Positions 16,325 to 25,316 of a DNA stretch of 64,000 nucleotides are shown here, in pieces. The notes under the pieces were generated by a model, which saw nothing but the letters and a program-made list of their open reading frames with translations, was not told the DNA's origin and searched no databases. This DNA is from Deltaproteobacteria bacterium (GTDB taxonomy: Bacteria > Desulfobacterota > Binatia > UTPRO1), in assembly GCA_020848745.1 (NCBI GenBank), contig JADLHM010000013.1, positions 5,238 through 69,237 of the forward strand, written 5' to 3'. Made by a program: the position numbers and the translations under genes. Within the stretch, counting starts at the first letter, position 1. Each line of letters opens with the position of its first letter.

Positions 16325-16609
16325 TGGAGCCCTCCGAGACATGGCGTTGGATCTGCATGGGCCGCCCGCGTTCGATACCGCCGCGACCAGCTCGGCCGAC
16401 GTGGACCTCGCCATGCCAGCCCGGAGGATCGGCGTCGATGCCGAGCACGTCACAGACGCGCGTCCGGAGTCGTGCCGCGCCATCCGTCATCGGTCAGCCG
16501 TGGCCGATAAGACGGCCGCACCCTCGAAGAAAGCCGCCGTCCGGCGCGCTCCCGACGATCGCTGAACGCCCGGATTGCGGTCGATCGGCCCGACGCATAG
16601 ACCGTCGGC

Positions 16610-17059
16610 ATGGGACGTCTTGTCGCTCTCGGCGGGATCGCCGATTGGGCATGGCAGATCGTCGGCGAGATCGGCGGTCTCCCCGAGGCGCTCGCGAGCG
16701 CACGCGCGACGCTCGAGCGGTTGCCGGATCAGATCGAATCGCTCGTCGTCGCCCTCGAGCAGACGACCGCCGCGCTCGACCGTACCCTGCCGGAATTGAC
16801 GCGCGCGATCGCCGCGATGGAAGAACGCCTCGAGCACGTCGATCACCTCGCCTCGGAGCTCGTCCTCGATCTCGGACGTGCGGTAGCGGGCGTCGAGCGC
16901 GTCTTGCCGGAGGTGACGGGCGCGATCGGGGGCATGGATAGCCGCGTGAGGAACCTCGACACGACCATCTCGGGCCTCGGCCAGATCGTGTTCGGGCTGA
17001 TCGACGTGATCCCGGGAGCGCGCCGCGTGCTGAAGCGTCCGGGTCCGACCGGCGAATGA
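16610..17059 (+). CDS. hypothetical coiled-coil protein with internal duplication
   Basis: 149 aa with high third-position GC. Repeat RTLPELTRAIAAMEERLEHV / RVLPEVTGAIGGMDSRVRNL. The overlapping minus-strand ORFs are Arg-rich junk. Confidence 0.45.
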   Translation: MGRLVALGGIADWAWQIVGEIGGLPEALASARATLERLPDQIESLVVALEQTTAALDRTLPELTRAIAAMEERLEHVDHLASELVLDLGRAVAGVERVLPEVTGAIGGMDSRVRNLDTTISGLGQIVFGLIDVIPGARRVLKRPGPTGE

Positions 17060-17136
17060 ACGCGCGCGCGCCGAGCACGACGCGGCATGGCGCACGTCGG
17101 CGCGGACGCCACGCCGGTCTCGCCCTCCGTTCGGTT

Positions 17137-18003
17137 TCAGCCTGCGGCGTTCCAGTGCGCGCGGAGCTCCTCGTTGCAACGAGCGGCGCGCTCTTCCGGG
17201 AAGAAGAGGCGTGCCCCCGGAAGCTCGACGCGCCGCCGCGTGCCCGGGATCGTGCGCGCCAGCCACTCCGACCAGCGCACCGGGAAGTACACGTCATCCG
17301 TTCCCCACACGACGAGCGTCGGCACGTGCAGTGTCTTCAGCCGCGACTCGATCGCGACCGTCTGCGCGCAATCGAACGCGGCCAGAAACCGCTCGAGATC
17401 GCGCACGCGCTCACCTGAGGTCAGGAACGGCCGGAGATAGATCTCGATCGTCTCGTCGCTGACGGCCTCGGGGCGCTCGTACGCGGGTCCGAGGGCCTCG
17501 GCCGACCGGTAGAACGGCTTGTTCCCGAGCATGCTCTCGAGGGCGCTCCGCAGTCCGCCCGCAGCGGACATCGCGAGGAAGCCCTTGAAGGCTTCCGGCG
17601 GCCAGTTGTCGTGCACGTCGCAGTCCGTGAGCGTCAGGCTGCGGAGGCGCTGCCCGTGGTTGGCGGCCATGATGAGCGCCATGCCGCCTCCGCTGTCGTT
17701 GCCGACGACGTCGGCCTGGTCGATCCCGAGCGCATCGAGGAACTCGACGAGCATCGCCGCGTTGGCGGTCGACGACACGTCCCGCGACGGATCGATCGCG
17801 GTCGCTCCGTGCGCCAGCAGATCGACGGCGATGCAGCGTCGCAGGTCGGAAAGCCCCGCGAGTTGATGGCGCCAGAGCCATCCGTTCATCAGCACGCCGT
17901 GCACGAAGAGGGCGACCGGCCCCGTGCCGTGCTCGACGTAGCTGATGCGTCCCGACGGTGTGTCGACGGTGCGGCGTGTGCTCTCGAAAGTCGTCCGATC
18001 CAT
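17137..18003 (-). CDS. alpha/beta-fold hydrolase
   Basis: HGTGPVALFVHG, nucleophile elbow VVGNDSGGG, C-terminal VVWGTDDVYFP. Confidence 0.85.
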   Translation of the reverse strand: MDRTTFESTRRTVDTPSGRISYVEHGTGPVALFVHGVLMNGWLWRHQLAGLSDLRRCIAVDLLAHGATAIDPSRDVSSTANAAMLVEFLDALGIDQADVVGNDSGGGMALIMAANHGQRLRSLTLTDCDVHDNWPPEAFKGFLAMSAAGGLRSALESMLGNKPFYRSAEALGPAYERPEAVSDETIEIYLRPFLTSGERVRDLERFLAAFDCAQTVAIESRLKTLHVPTLVVWGTDDVYFPVRWSEWLARTIPGTRRRVELPGARLFFPEERAARCNEELRAHWNAAG

Positions 18004-18048
18004 CTCGCGATTCCTCCTCGACGAAGTGTGGGCCGGCGGCCCCGCTCG

Positions 18049-18909
18049 TCAGTCTGTAGCGGAGAAGGCGAATCGACACTTTGCGTTTCTTGCGCTCGGA
18101 TACGGCGAGCCGCCCGCGCGTCGAAAGGCCCGCGGCGCGCGCCCGAACGCGCGCCCGAACGAGCGAATGAAGTGCGCGAGATCGCCGAACCCGACGTCGT
18201 ACGCGATCGCGGTGATCGGTGCGTCGGTGTCGAGCAGCATCGCCGCCGCGTGCACGAGGCGGCGGCGGACCAGGTACTGGTGCGGCGTGACGCCGACCGT
18301 CGTGCGGAAGGTCCGCAGGAAGTGGAACGGGCTCGTGCCGGCGATGCGCGCCACGGCGGCGAGCGTCAAGGCATCGGCGGAATGCTCGTCGAGATAGAGC
18401 ATGGCGGCGACGACGCGTCCCGTGTCGCGCGCGGTCGGGCGAATCGCGCGCGGCGCTCGGCGGGCGTCCGTTTGCTCCCGGAGCACCCAGACCGCGAGTC
18501 CCAGGGCGAGCTCGTCCGCCGACCACGCAACGCCCCCGCGAAGCGCGGCCGCCATCGCATGTGCGAAGACGCCCCCGTAGGGCAGCGGGGGCAGGGCCGG
18601 GATGCCGAACGGCGCGGAGAGCTTGCGAACGCCGAAGACCTCGCCGACCTCCGCGATCACCTCGGCGTCGTACGAAACCGCGAGGCAGTAATCGCCCCCG
18701 ACGTGCTCGTGCGAGCAGACGTACGACGCGCCCGCATTCCCGAGCATGATCGATCCGGGTCCGAGGGTCGTCGCGGTCGAGCCGAGACGATAGGTGAAGC
18801 TGCCGCTCCGGACGACATTGATGCAGGTGCGCTCGTGACGTTCTTCGTACGGGCGATCGCCGCGGCGGGCGCCGCAATGACGATCGGCCACCTGAATCGG
18901 CGAGGTCAT
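18049..18909 (-). CDS. AraC family transcriptional regulator
   Basis: Trimmed to ATG 18909. C-terminal HTH pair LTLAAVARIAGTSPFHFLRTFRTTVGVTPHQYL..ITAIAYDVGFGDLAHFIRSFGRAFG. Confidence 0.85.
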   Translation of the reverse strand: MTSPIQVADRHCGARRGDRPYEERHERTCINVVRSGSFTYRLGSTATTLGPGSIMLGNAGASYVCSHEHVGGDYCLAVSYDAEVIAEVGEVFGVRKLSAPFGIPALPPLPYGGVFAHAMAAALRGGVAWSADELALGLAVWVLREQTDARRAPRAIRPTARDTGRVVAAMLYLDEHSADALTLAAVARIAGTSPFHFLRTFRTTVGVTPHQYLVRRRLVHAAAMLLDTDAPITAIAYDVGFGDLAHFIRSFGRAFGRAPRAFRRAGGSPYPSARNAKCRFAFSATD

Positions 18910-19222
18910 CCGCTTTCGATCGCACGGCCGGGGCGCCGCGCGCTCGCCGTTTTCGGACGCGATGGCCGGTGCGACGATTCGAACCGCCGCACCGACGCCG
19001 CCGGCGCCGGCGGGCGCGCCGCAAACCGGGACCGCGCACGATCGTTTGCGGTCCGCCAAGCAGGGTTGGCGGGCGACCGCGGCCGCGCGCGCCTCGCCCG
19101 CGCCGCAACACGACTTTTCGCGACCCGCCGCCCCTCGCGCGCACGGCTCACGGCTTGCTCTTTCGTCGAACGACGCCGCGGGACGTCCGCGGGGCCCAAA
19201 CCAGACGACGGAGGGTGCGACC

Positions 19223-19741
19223 ATGCGATCGATCATCAGCGTTACCGCGGCGGCAGCCGTGCTCGGGCTCACAGTCCCCGCCATCGCCCTCGAAGGAGCC
19301 GCGGCGCTCCGCTGCGACGCCGCCATCGCCAAGGGGGAATCGCGGTTGTTCGGCTGCCTCGCCGGGTGCCGAGACAAGGCGGAGAAGCGAGGGCCGGCAT
19401 TCTCCGCGGCCGACGAAGCGCGCTGTACCGACCGCTGCGAGCGGCCTCTCGCCCGCATCGCCGACGGACCGCGCTGCGCCGGGGCGGCGATGGAGCGCGT
19501 GTCGATCGAAAGCGTCGCCGGCCTGGACGCAACGACGCTCCGCTGCCGATCGACGGCGAGCGGCCTCGCGAGCCGGCTCTCGAGCTGCCTTGCCGACTGC
19601 TCGGAGCTCGCCGAGCACGCGGCGCTTCGCGGCATCGCGTACGACGGCGCGCTGTGCGTCGCGGCCTGCGAGGCCAACGACGCGACGGCCCTCGCGCTCG
19701 CCGAAGCCCGGACGGGCTGCCAACTCGGCGCGGTCGAGTGA
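19223..19741 (+). CDS. secreted cysteine-rich protein with two-fold internal repeat
   Basis: GGAGGG Shine-Dalgarno sequence, signal peptide MRSIISVTAAAAVLGLTVPAIA. Repeat LRCxxxxxxxxSRLxxCLAxCxxxAE...C...CE occurs twice. Confidence 0.6.
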   Translation: MRSIISVTAAAAVLGLTVPAIALEGAAALRCDAAIAKGESRLFGCLAGCRDKAEKRGPAFSAADEARCTDRCERPLARIADGPRCAGAAMERVSIESVAGLDATTLRCRSTASGLASRLSSCLADCSELAEHAALRGIAYDGALCVAACEANDATALALAEARTGCQLGAVE

Positions 19742-19746
19742 GGGGC

Positions 19747-20454
19747 ATGGCCATGACCGCTCGATCGGACGCCGTCGCCACCTTCGGCCACGACATCCTC
19801 GGAGGAGCGCCCGTGAGGATCCGCGTGCTGCTGGTCCACCGCAACGACCGCGTGCGCCGCGAGCTGCGCCGCATCCTGGAGGACGAGCCTGCGATCCACG
19901 TCATCGGCGAGGCGCGGGACGTGGACGCGGCACGCGCCCCAGCGTCCGATCCACCACACGTAGTCGTCACCGACGCCGCCGCCCCCGCCGCACGGGGCTC
20001 CGCCATCGGACGAGCCGCCACGGCGCCGGGCGACCCCGGCGTCGTCCTGGTGGCCCGCCGCGTCCACCCGGAATCGTTGCGCGACGCCCTGCGATCGGGA
20101 GCGCTGGGCTACGTCATCGAGGACTCGATCGCCTCCGACCTCGTCTCCGGCGTCCGAGCGGCCGCCGCGAGGCGCCGCTATCTGAGCGCTCGCGCCGAGC
20201 AGCTGCTGGTGGACGGCTGCCTCGCCCAGGCCGCCCGCCCGTCCGCCGCCGACCCCGTCGCGCGGCTCACCGGCCGCGAGCGCGAGATCCTCCAGCTCAT
20301 CGGCGAAGGCCGCCGGCCGCAGGAGATCGCACGGCTCCTCGGGATCGCGCGCACGACGGTCGGCACGCATCGCCGGTCGCTGATGACCAAGCTCGGCTTG
20401 CACAACGTCGCGCAGATCGTGCGCTTCGCGATGCGCTCGCGGATGGTGTCCTGA
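19747..20454 (+). CDS. LuxR/NarL-family regulator with degenerate (pseudo-)receiver domain
   Basis: C-terminal LTGREREILQLIGEGRRPQEIARLLGIARTTVGTHRRSLMTKLG. In the N-terminal REC-like fold, the DD pair is replaced (VLLVHRND), and the conserved T and K positions are also substituted. Confidence 0.75.
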   Translation: MAMTARSDAVATFGHDILGGAPVRIRVLLVHRNDRVRRELRRILEDEPAIHVIGEARDVDAARAPASDPPHVVVTDAAAPAARGSAIGRAATAPGDPGVVLVARRVHPESLRDALRSGALGYVIEDSIASDLVSGVRAAAARRRYLSARAEQLLVDGCLAQAARPSAADPVARLTGREREILQLIGEGRRPQEIARLLGIARTTVGTHRRSLMTKLGLHNVAQIVRFAMRSRMVS

Positions 20455-20510
20455 CGGACCGGAGCCCGGCGAGGCCCTCGCGCGCCGGCGCGGGTCTCAG
20501 TCGCTCCCCG

Positions 20511-20942
20511 TCAGGCCAGCGGTGTCCGGGAGGCTTCGTCGAGCGCATGGTGCTTGCCCGTCAGCCAGTACGCGACGCCGGCCACGAGAAATCCCACCGA
20601 CGTCGCCGTCGTCTCGTTCCAGAACATGCAGACGGGGCCGCAGGTCGGGACCGCGAGCGACATGATCCCGCACGGCAGCATGACGAAGAAGCCGCAGAGC
20701 GGCCCGCGGAGATACCAGCGAGGCGGCCACCACGTGATGCCCACCAGCGTGCCGACGAGCAGCCGCGCCGTGTACCAGCTCCACACCGCGACCGCCCCCT
20801 TCAGATAGTAGAGGTTGAACTTCTCCGGGATCGGCCCGTGCAAGAACATCGGAACCCACCCGAGCGCGAAGCCGACGAGGGCGCAGAGGAGCGGATACGG
20901 CAACCGACGCACCACCCGCGTGTAGCCCGGAGCGCGCGACAC
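20511..20942 (-). CDS. hypothetical 4-TM membrane protein
   Basis: Only the C-terminal ~143 aa of the 546-aa track ORF looks protein-like (LPYPLLCALVGFALGWVPMFLHGPIPEKFNLYYLKG..). GTG 20942 is a provisional start. Confidence 0.45.
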   Translation of the reverse strand: MSRAPGYTRVVRRLPYPLLCALVGFALGWVPMFLHGPIPEKFNLYYLKGAVAVWSWYTARLLVGTLVGITWWPPRWYLRGPLCGFFVMLPCGIMSLAVPTCGPVCMFWNETTATSVGFLVAGVAYWLTGKHHALDEASRTPLA

Positions 20943-21028
20943 CCGCAAGATCCCGGACGCCGCGCGCCCGTCTCCTTCGTGTCGAGCGCCGGCTCCTCGT
21001 CGCCATCGTGCAGTCGCGAACGGCCGGC

Positions 21029-22204
21029 CTACTCGGGAATCAAGTGCTCGTACCGGCGATCGGTGAGAAGCCGCATGAACGCAACCAGGGCGTCGACCTC
21101 GTCGTCGGTCAATCCCGGACCATGCTCGAGATCTTCCAAGGCGACCGTCTCGGCGACCTCCGGATCGCCCCACGGCTCGCCGGTCTCCGGATTCGTAACG
21201 CGCTCGGGGTTGTTGAACTTGTCGTAGAACAGGACGACCGTTCGCAGATCGGCGAACACCCCGTTGTGCATGTAGGGGCCGGTCACGGCGACGTTGCGGA
21301 GGGTCGGCACCTTGAATTTGCCGTTCTGGGCGGGGTCGGTGATCGCCGGATTTCCGAAGAGGCCCTTGTCGACGAAGCCGTCGGGGGTTCCGTTGACCGC
21401 TCGGACCGACGCATTCACGGGCACGCCGATGTTCTCGTACTCGTAGTTGCTGAAGGTCTCCTTCGGCCGGAAGGGCAACGTCTGCAACTGGTGGCAGATG
21501 TTGCAGTTGGTGAACTGCTCGGAGAAGAACAGGACCTTGCCGAGGGATTCCTGGCTCGTCAGCTCGTACTCGCCCCGCAGGTGGCGGTCGTACTTCGAGT
21601 CGAACGGGGCGAACAGATCGTCGCGCTCCTCCTCGAACGCCGCGATGCTCTCGGCCATGGCGGCGTAGGCGGCATCGGCGTCGTCGAAGATGCGATCGCC
21701 GTAGAGGGACTCGAAGGCCTCCACGTATTCGCTGCTCTCCTGGATGCGCGCCACCACGGAGGCCTTGTCGGGCATGCCCATCTCGATGGGGTTCAACGGC
21801 GGGCCGGCCGCCTGGTCCGCCAGCGTCGCGGCCCGGCCGTCGAGGAACTGGCCGCCCCGCGGGAGGCCGTCGGCCGCGATCGCGAAGGCCGGGCTGTGCC
21901 GAGCATAGGCCGCCGTCGGCGTGTTGCGATCGCCGAGCGAGACGCCGTCGTCTCCGAGGGAAACCGCGCCCCCCACGCCGTTGTCCCTGGGGTCGACGAA
22001 GGCGTGCTCCGGATCGTGACACGTCGCGCAGGATTGCGTTCGGTTCCTGGAAAGGTTGGTGTCCGCGAACAGCCGCTCGCCGAGCAGGGCGCGCGTACTC
22101 AATGCCGGCGAGTCGTCCCCGGAGCTTCCACCGGAGCCTCCGCCCGAACACCCAGCCAAGCCAACGACGACGAACCCGAACGCCACGATACGGTGTAATC
22201 GCAT
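21029..22204 (-). CDS. di-haem cytochrome c peroxidase family lipoprotein
   Basis: Lipobox MRLHRIVAFGFVVVGLAGCS. Haem motifs CATCH and CNICH. FKVPTLRNVAVTGPYMHNG is typical of the CCP/MauG family. Confidence 0.9.
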   Translation of the reverse strand: MRLHRIVAFGFVVVGLAGCSGGGSGGSSGDDSPALSTRALLGERLFADTNLSRNRTQSCATCHDPEHAFVDPRDNGVGGAVSLGDDGVSLGDRNTPTAAYARHSPAFAIAADGLPRGGQFLDGRAATLADQAAGPPLNPIEMGMPDKASVVARIQESSEYVEAFESLYGDRIFDDADAAYAAMAESIAAFEEERDDLFAPFDSKYDRHLRGEYELTSQESLGKVLFFSEQFTNCNICHQLQTLPFRPKETFSNYEYENIGVPVNASVRAVNGTPDGFVDKGLFGNPAITDPAQNGKFKVPTLRNVAVTGPYMHNGVFADLRTVVLFYDKFNNPERVTNPETGEPWGDPEVAETVALEDLEHGPGLTDDEVDALVAFMRLLTDRRYEHLIPE

Positions 22205-22216
22205 GCGGCGACTATG

Positions 22217-22235
22217 TTGAGAATGATTATCAGTT
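22217..22235. promoter_or_regulatory. putative Fur box upstream of the peroxidase gene
   Basis: TTGAGAATGATTATCAGTT. The minus strand reads TGATAATCATTCTC, 13/14 to the TGATAATCATTATC half of the Fur consensus. It is an AT-rich island in GC-rich DNA, 13 nt from the ATG. Confidence 0.4.
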
Positions 22236-22671
22236 GCAAGTCTCGTTGCGCGCTCCGGGTCATGAATCCGCGTGACATCCGTCATCGAGCGACGCCCGTT
22301 GCGAGAGGCCGGGCGCTCGACGCGATCCATTCCTTGGACGAGGTGCTCGGTCGCGCCGCGAGATACTGCAGCGGGACGCGGGAGGATTGGCAGGGCTGGG
22401 CCAAGCGGCCGTAGGAACACTCGCCGCCGGGCACCCAGCGGGACCACTCGGTGCTCCAGCGACAGCGCTACGGCCCCATCCGTGGGCGCGACCCCTACCA
22501 CGGTCGCGCGCGGAGGACGCGGCTCCGCTCCGCGTAACGCGCGTCGGGTGCGCCGAAGGAAAGCCGAAGTCGTAACCGTCGCTCAGGGCCGCGCGGCGCC
22601 GTACGCGGCCGAAAGCGGAGGAGCGCCGACGACCAGTGTACGGCCCCGGCCTCGCCGCTTCGAAGCGACGC

Positions 22672-23901
22672 TCAGCCGAGCAGTTTGCTCGCCTTGATGG
22701 CGGCGATCTTCGCCGCGTCGTAGCCGAGCACGTCGCGCAGCACTTCGTCGCCGTGCTCGCCGACGGTCGGCGCCCTGGCCGGCTCCAGGGTCGGTTCACC
22801 GACGAACCGCACCGGGAAGCCGAGCATGTCGGCGCCGTGCCGCTCGTGCGGCCAGATCTCGAAACGGCTCTGGAACTGCGGATCGTCGACGATGTTCTTC
22901 GGTGTGTTCACCGGCGCGATCGGCGTGTTGACCCGGATACTGAAGTCCAACCACTCCCGACTGCGCTTGGTCTTGAAGATGTCGCGCAGCACGGTCTGCA
23001 GCTCGCGGTTGCCGCGCGCGTGGTCGGCGAACTTCGAGCCAGGCCACTTCTCGAACAGGTCCATGCGGCCGACGCCCTCGCAGAAGTTCCGCCAGAGGGA
23101 TTGCTCCGACGCCATGAACAGCACGTGGCCGTCCTGCGATTCGTACAACTGATACCGCACGCCTTCCCGCATGCCGGCCGTCGCGACCGGGCGGCGCTCG
23201 TAACCGTCGGCCTTGTTGCCGGTGACGATCGCTGCGGGGCGCGCATAGGCGAGGTAGCTCTCGCTGCGGTACCAGTCGAAGGCGGCGGCAGCGTCGCTCT
23301 GAGCGAGATCCATGAAGCACCCCTCACCGGTGGCACGCGCCCGGATGACGCCGGCCAGCACGCCCAACCCGCCGAACAAGGGGGCGGCATTGATACCGAT
23401 GCTGACGTGCTCGGGGATGTAGCAGAACCCCTCGTCGTCATAGGCCGGCGAGACGACTCCCGCCCAGGTGTCGTAGGCGATGCCGTGCGAAGGCATGTCG
23501 CGGTAGGGGCCGGTCATGCCGTAACCCGACACCGTGCAGAAGACGATCTTCGGGTTGACCTTCTTCAGGTCGTCGAACCCGAGACCGTACTTGTCCAACG
23601 TACCGGGCTTCGACGCCTCGATGACGACGTCGGCATCTCTCACCAGATCGCGGTAGATCTCGCGCGCCTCCTCCCGCTTGAGATCGAGCGTGATGCTCTT
23701 CTTGCCGCGGTTGAGGTGGTAGTGCATCAGCGAAACTCCCTCGATGATCGGCCACGTCATTTCGCGAATGTAGTCCCCGGACGGGGACTCGACCTTGATG
23801 ACCTCCGCACCAAGGTCGACGAGAGCGGTGGTGATGGCGGCGGGTCCGAGAATGGAGCTTTCGATGATGCGCAAGCCGGCGAGCGGAGCCTGTGTGTTCA
23901 T
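22672..23901 (-). CDS. CaiB/BaiF family (class III) CoA-transferase
   Basis: Trimmed to ATG 23901. LAGLRIIESSILGPAAITTALVDLGAEVIKVE, GKKSITLDLK, DVVIEASKPG. Confidence 0.9.
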   Translation of the reverse strand: MNTQAPLAGLRIIESSILGPAAITTALVDLGAEVIKVESPSGDYIREMTWPIIEGVSLMHYHLNRGKKSITLDLKREEAREIYRDLVRDADVVIEASKPGTLDKYGLGFDDLKKVNPKIVFCTVSGYGMTGPYRDMPSHGIAYDTWAGVVSPAYDDEGFCYIPEHVSIGINAAPLFGGLGVLAGVIRARATGEGCFMDLAQSDAAAAFDWYRSESYLAYARPAAIVTGNKADGYERRPVATAGMREGVRYQLYESQDGHVLFMASEQSLWRNFCEGVGRMDLFEKWPGSKFADHARGNRELQTVLRDIFKTKRSREWLDFSIRVNTPIAPVNTPKNIVDDPQFQSRFEIWPHERHGADMLGFPVRFVGEPTLEPARAPTVGEHGDEVLRDVLGYDAAKIAAIKASKLLG

Positions 23902-24145
23902 GGGGGCAAGGTCTGTAGCAAAGGGCAGCGCAGCAATACAAAGCCGTGCCGCTCCACGAGCGGACGCTGGCACCGTCCGGGCATCCGGCATCGCCCAGCA
24001 CGCGCCCGAATGAATGGCAGCTCGGCGTCCCGCCGGGCGACATGAGCCTTGCCGCCGCCTCGCCGCTCGCGCGGCGAGCAACGTGGACCTGGCGCGAGAT
24101 GCGGGCTAGAGTCGCGGCGGAATGGTGGGGCGGGGCGGGGAGAGC

Positions 24146-24808
24146 ATGCAGTGCCGCGCGGGCGGCCGGCACGTGGCCGTGGCGCTCGCGCTCGCGGTCC
24201 TCGCGGGGTGCAGCACGCGCGCGGTCGCACCGACGCCGGGCCATCCGCAGAGTGGCATTGCGTCCTGGTACGGGCCGGGGTTCCACGGGCAGCCGACGAG
24301 CAGCGGCGCGATCTACGACCAGCACGCGCTCACGGCCGCCCACCAGAAGCTGCCGCTCGGCACGCGCGCGCGCGTCACCAACCTCGAAAACGGCAAGTCG
24401 GTCGAGGTGCTCATCAACGACCGGGGCCCGTTCGCGAAGGGCCGCATCATCGACCTCTCGTACGGCGCCGCCCGCGAGATAGGCATGATCGGTCCGGGCA
24501 CGGCGCGCGTCCGCGTCGACGTGGTGGCGCGGCCCGCGAATGGCGCGTCGCACGTCGCGTACTGCGTGCAGGTCGGCGCCTTCGGCGACGAGGACAAGGC
24601 GCGCGCGCTGCGCGCGCGCCTCGCGCCGAGCTACGACGACGTCTACATCAGTCCCGTGCAGGCGCAGCCCGAACGCATGCCTGCACCCCAGAGGGTGTAC
24701 CGCGTGCGCGTCGGCCCGTACGCGGAGCGCACCCGCGCCGAATACCGCGCCGCCGCGCTCGCCGACCTCGGCCTGCCGGCCGTCGTGACCGAAGAGCCGC
24801 AGCAATGA
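24146..24808 (+). CDS. rlpA: septal ring lytic transglycosylase RlpA (DPBB + SPOR) lipoprotein
   Basis: Lipobox LAVLAGCS. GIASWYGPGFHGQPTSSGAIYD, INDRGPFAKGRIIDLS. C-terminal SPOR (YCVQVGAFGDEDKARALR). Alternative ATG at 24122. Confidence 0.85.
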   Translation: MQCRAGGRHVAVALALAVLAGCSTRAVAPTPGHPQSGIASWYGPGFHGQPTSSGAIYDQHALTAAHQKLPLGTRARVTNLENGKSVEVLINDRGPFAKGRIIDLSYGAAREIGMIGPGTARVRVDVVARPANGASHVAYCVQVGAFGDEDKARALRARLAPSYDDVYISPVQAQPERMPAPQRVYRVRVGPYAERTRAEYRAAALADLGLPAVVTEEPQQ

Positions 24809-24923
24809 TCCGGCGCGCGAGAATCCGAAACGGCGGCTCGTCGCCATCCGCGTGAGCAGGAGCAAGAGCGCAGCAACGGCCGCGGAGACGCGCCTCGAGG
24901 CACCCCGCGAAGATTCTCTCGGG

Positions 24924-25316
24924 CTAGCGCGGCCGCGGCCGGACCGATCGTGGCGCCGGTGGCGCGGGCGCCGACCGGCGCCGTCGCTTCGCTCGCGGCG
25001 CGCTCGTTTCGGCGGCGAGCCAGCGGAGATACGGCGCCGACCCGGAAGCGATCGGCAGCACGATCGCCTCGGGCACGTCGTACCCGTGGAGCGCGCGCAA
25101 GCGCGCCGTCAGCCTGGCCGCGCGGGCGCGTCGCGTCTTGATGACCATCAGCACCTCGGCGGCGCGCGCGACCTTCCCCTGCCAGCGATAGATCGACGTG
25201 ATCGGGTCGACGAGGTTCACGCAGGCCGCCAAGCGCTCCTCGACGAGCGCCGCCGCGATCCGCTCCGCCTCGTCCCGCGAGCCGGCGGTCGACAGGATCA
25301 CGACCGCCGCGGTCAC
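24924..25316 (-). CDS. cutA: divalent-cation tolerance protein CutA
   Basis: GTG 25316 overlaps the upstream stop (GTGA). VVILSTAGSRDEAERIAAALVEERLAACVNL..SIYRWQGKV..VLPI..YLRWL. Confidence 0.85.
   Translation of the reverse strand: MTAAVVILSTAGSRDEAERIAAALVEERLAACVNLVDPITSIYRWQGKVARAAEVLMVIKTRRARAARLTARLRALHGYDVPEAIVLPIASGSAPYLRWLAAETSAPRAKRRRRSAPAPPAPRSVRPRPR

Noticed and set aside
16308-16490. 60-aa minus-strand ORF (MTDGAARLRTRVCDVLGIDADPPGWHGEV..) upstream of the PH-domain gene
   Set aside because: It has no recognisable family, and its tail runs through the upstream region and start of the frameshifted PH-domain gene. It may be a gene remnant, but support is insufficient.
18970-18992. 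GGTTCGAATC tRNA T-loop-like string (also at 15731-15752)
   Set aside because: The flanking 5-nt segments cannot form a T-stem, and no acceptor, D or anticodon arms can be drawn. This is not a tRNA.
17411-21227. Several 577-947-aa ORFs (17411-19144 minus; 17611-20454 plus; 18969-21227 plus; 18049-20403 minus)
   Set aside because: They span several independently supported genes. Only short segments are protein-like: AraC at 18049-18909, and the LuxR regulator at 19747-20454. These were kept as trimmed CDSs.
22214-22414. 66-aa plus-strand ORF overlapping the Fur-box region
   Set aside because: It starts inside the AT-rich promoter-like sequence. The composition is not protein-like and there is no Shine-Dalgarno sequence.
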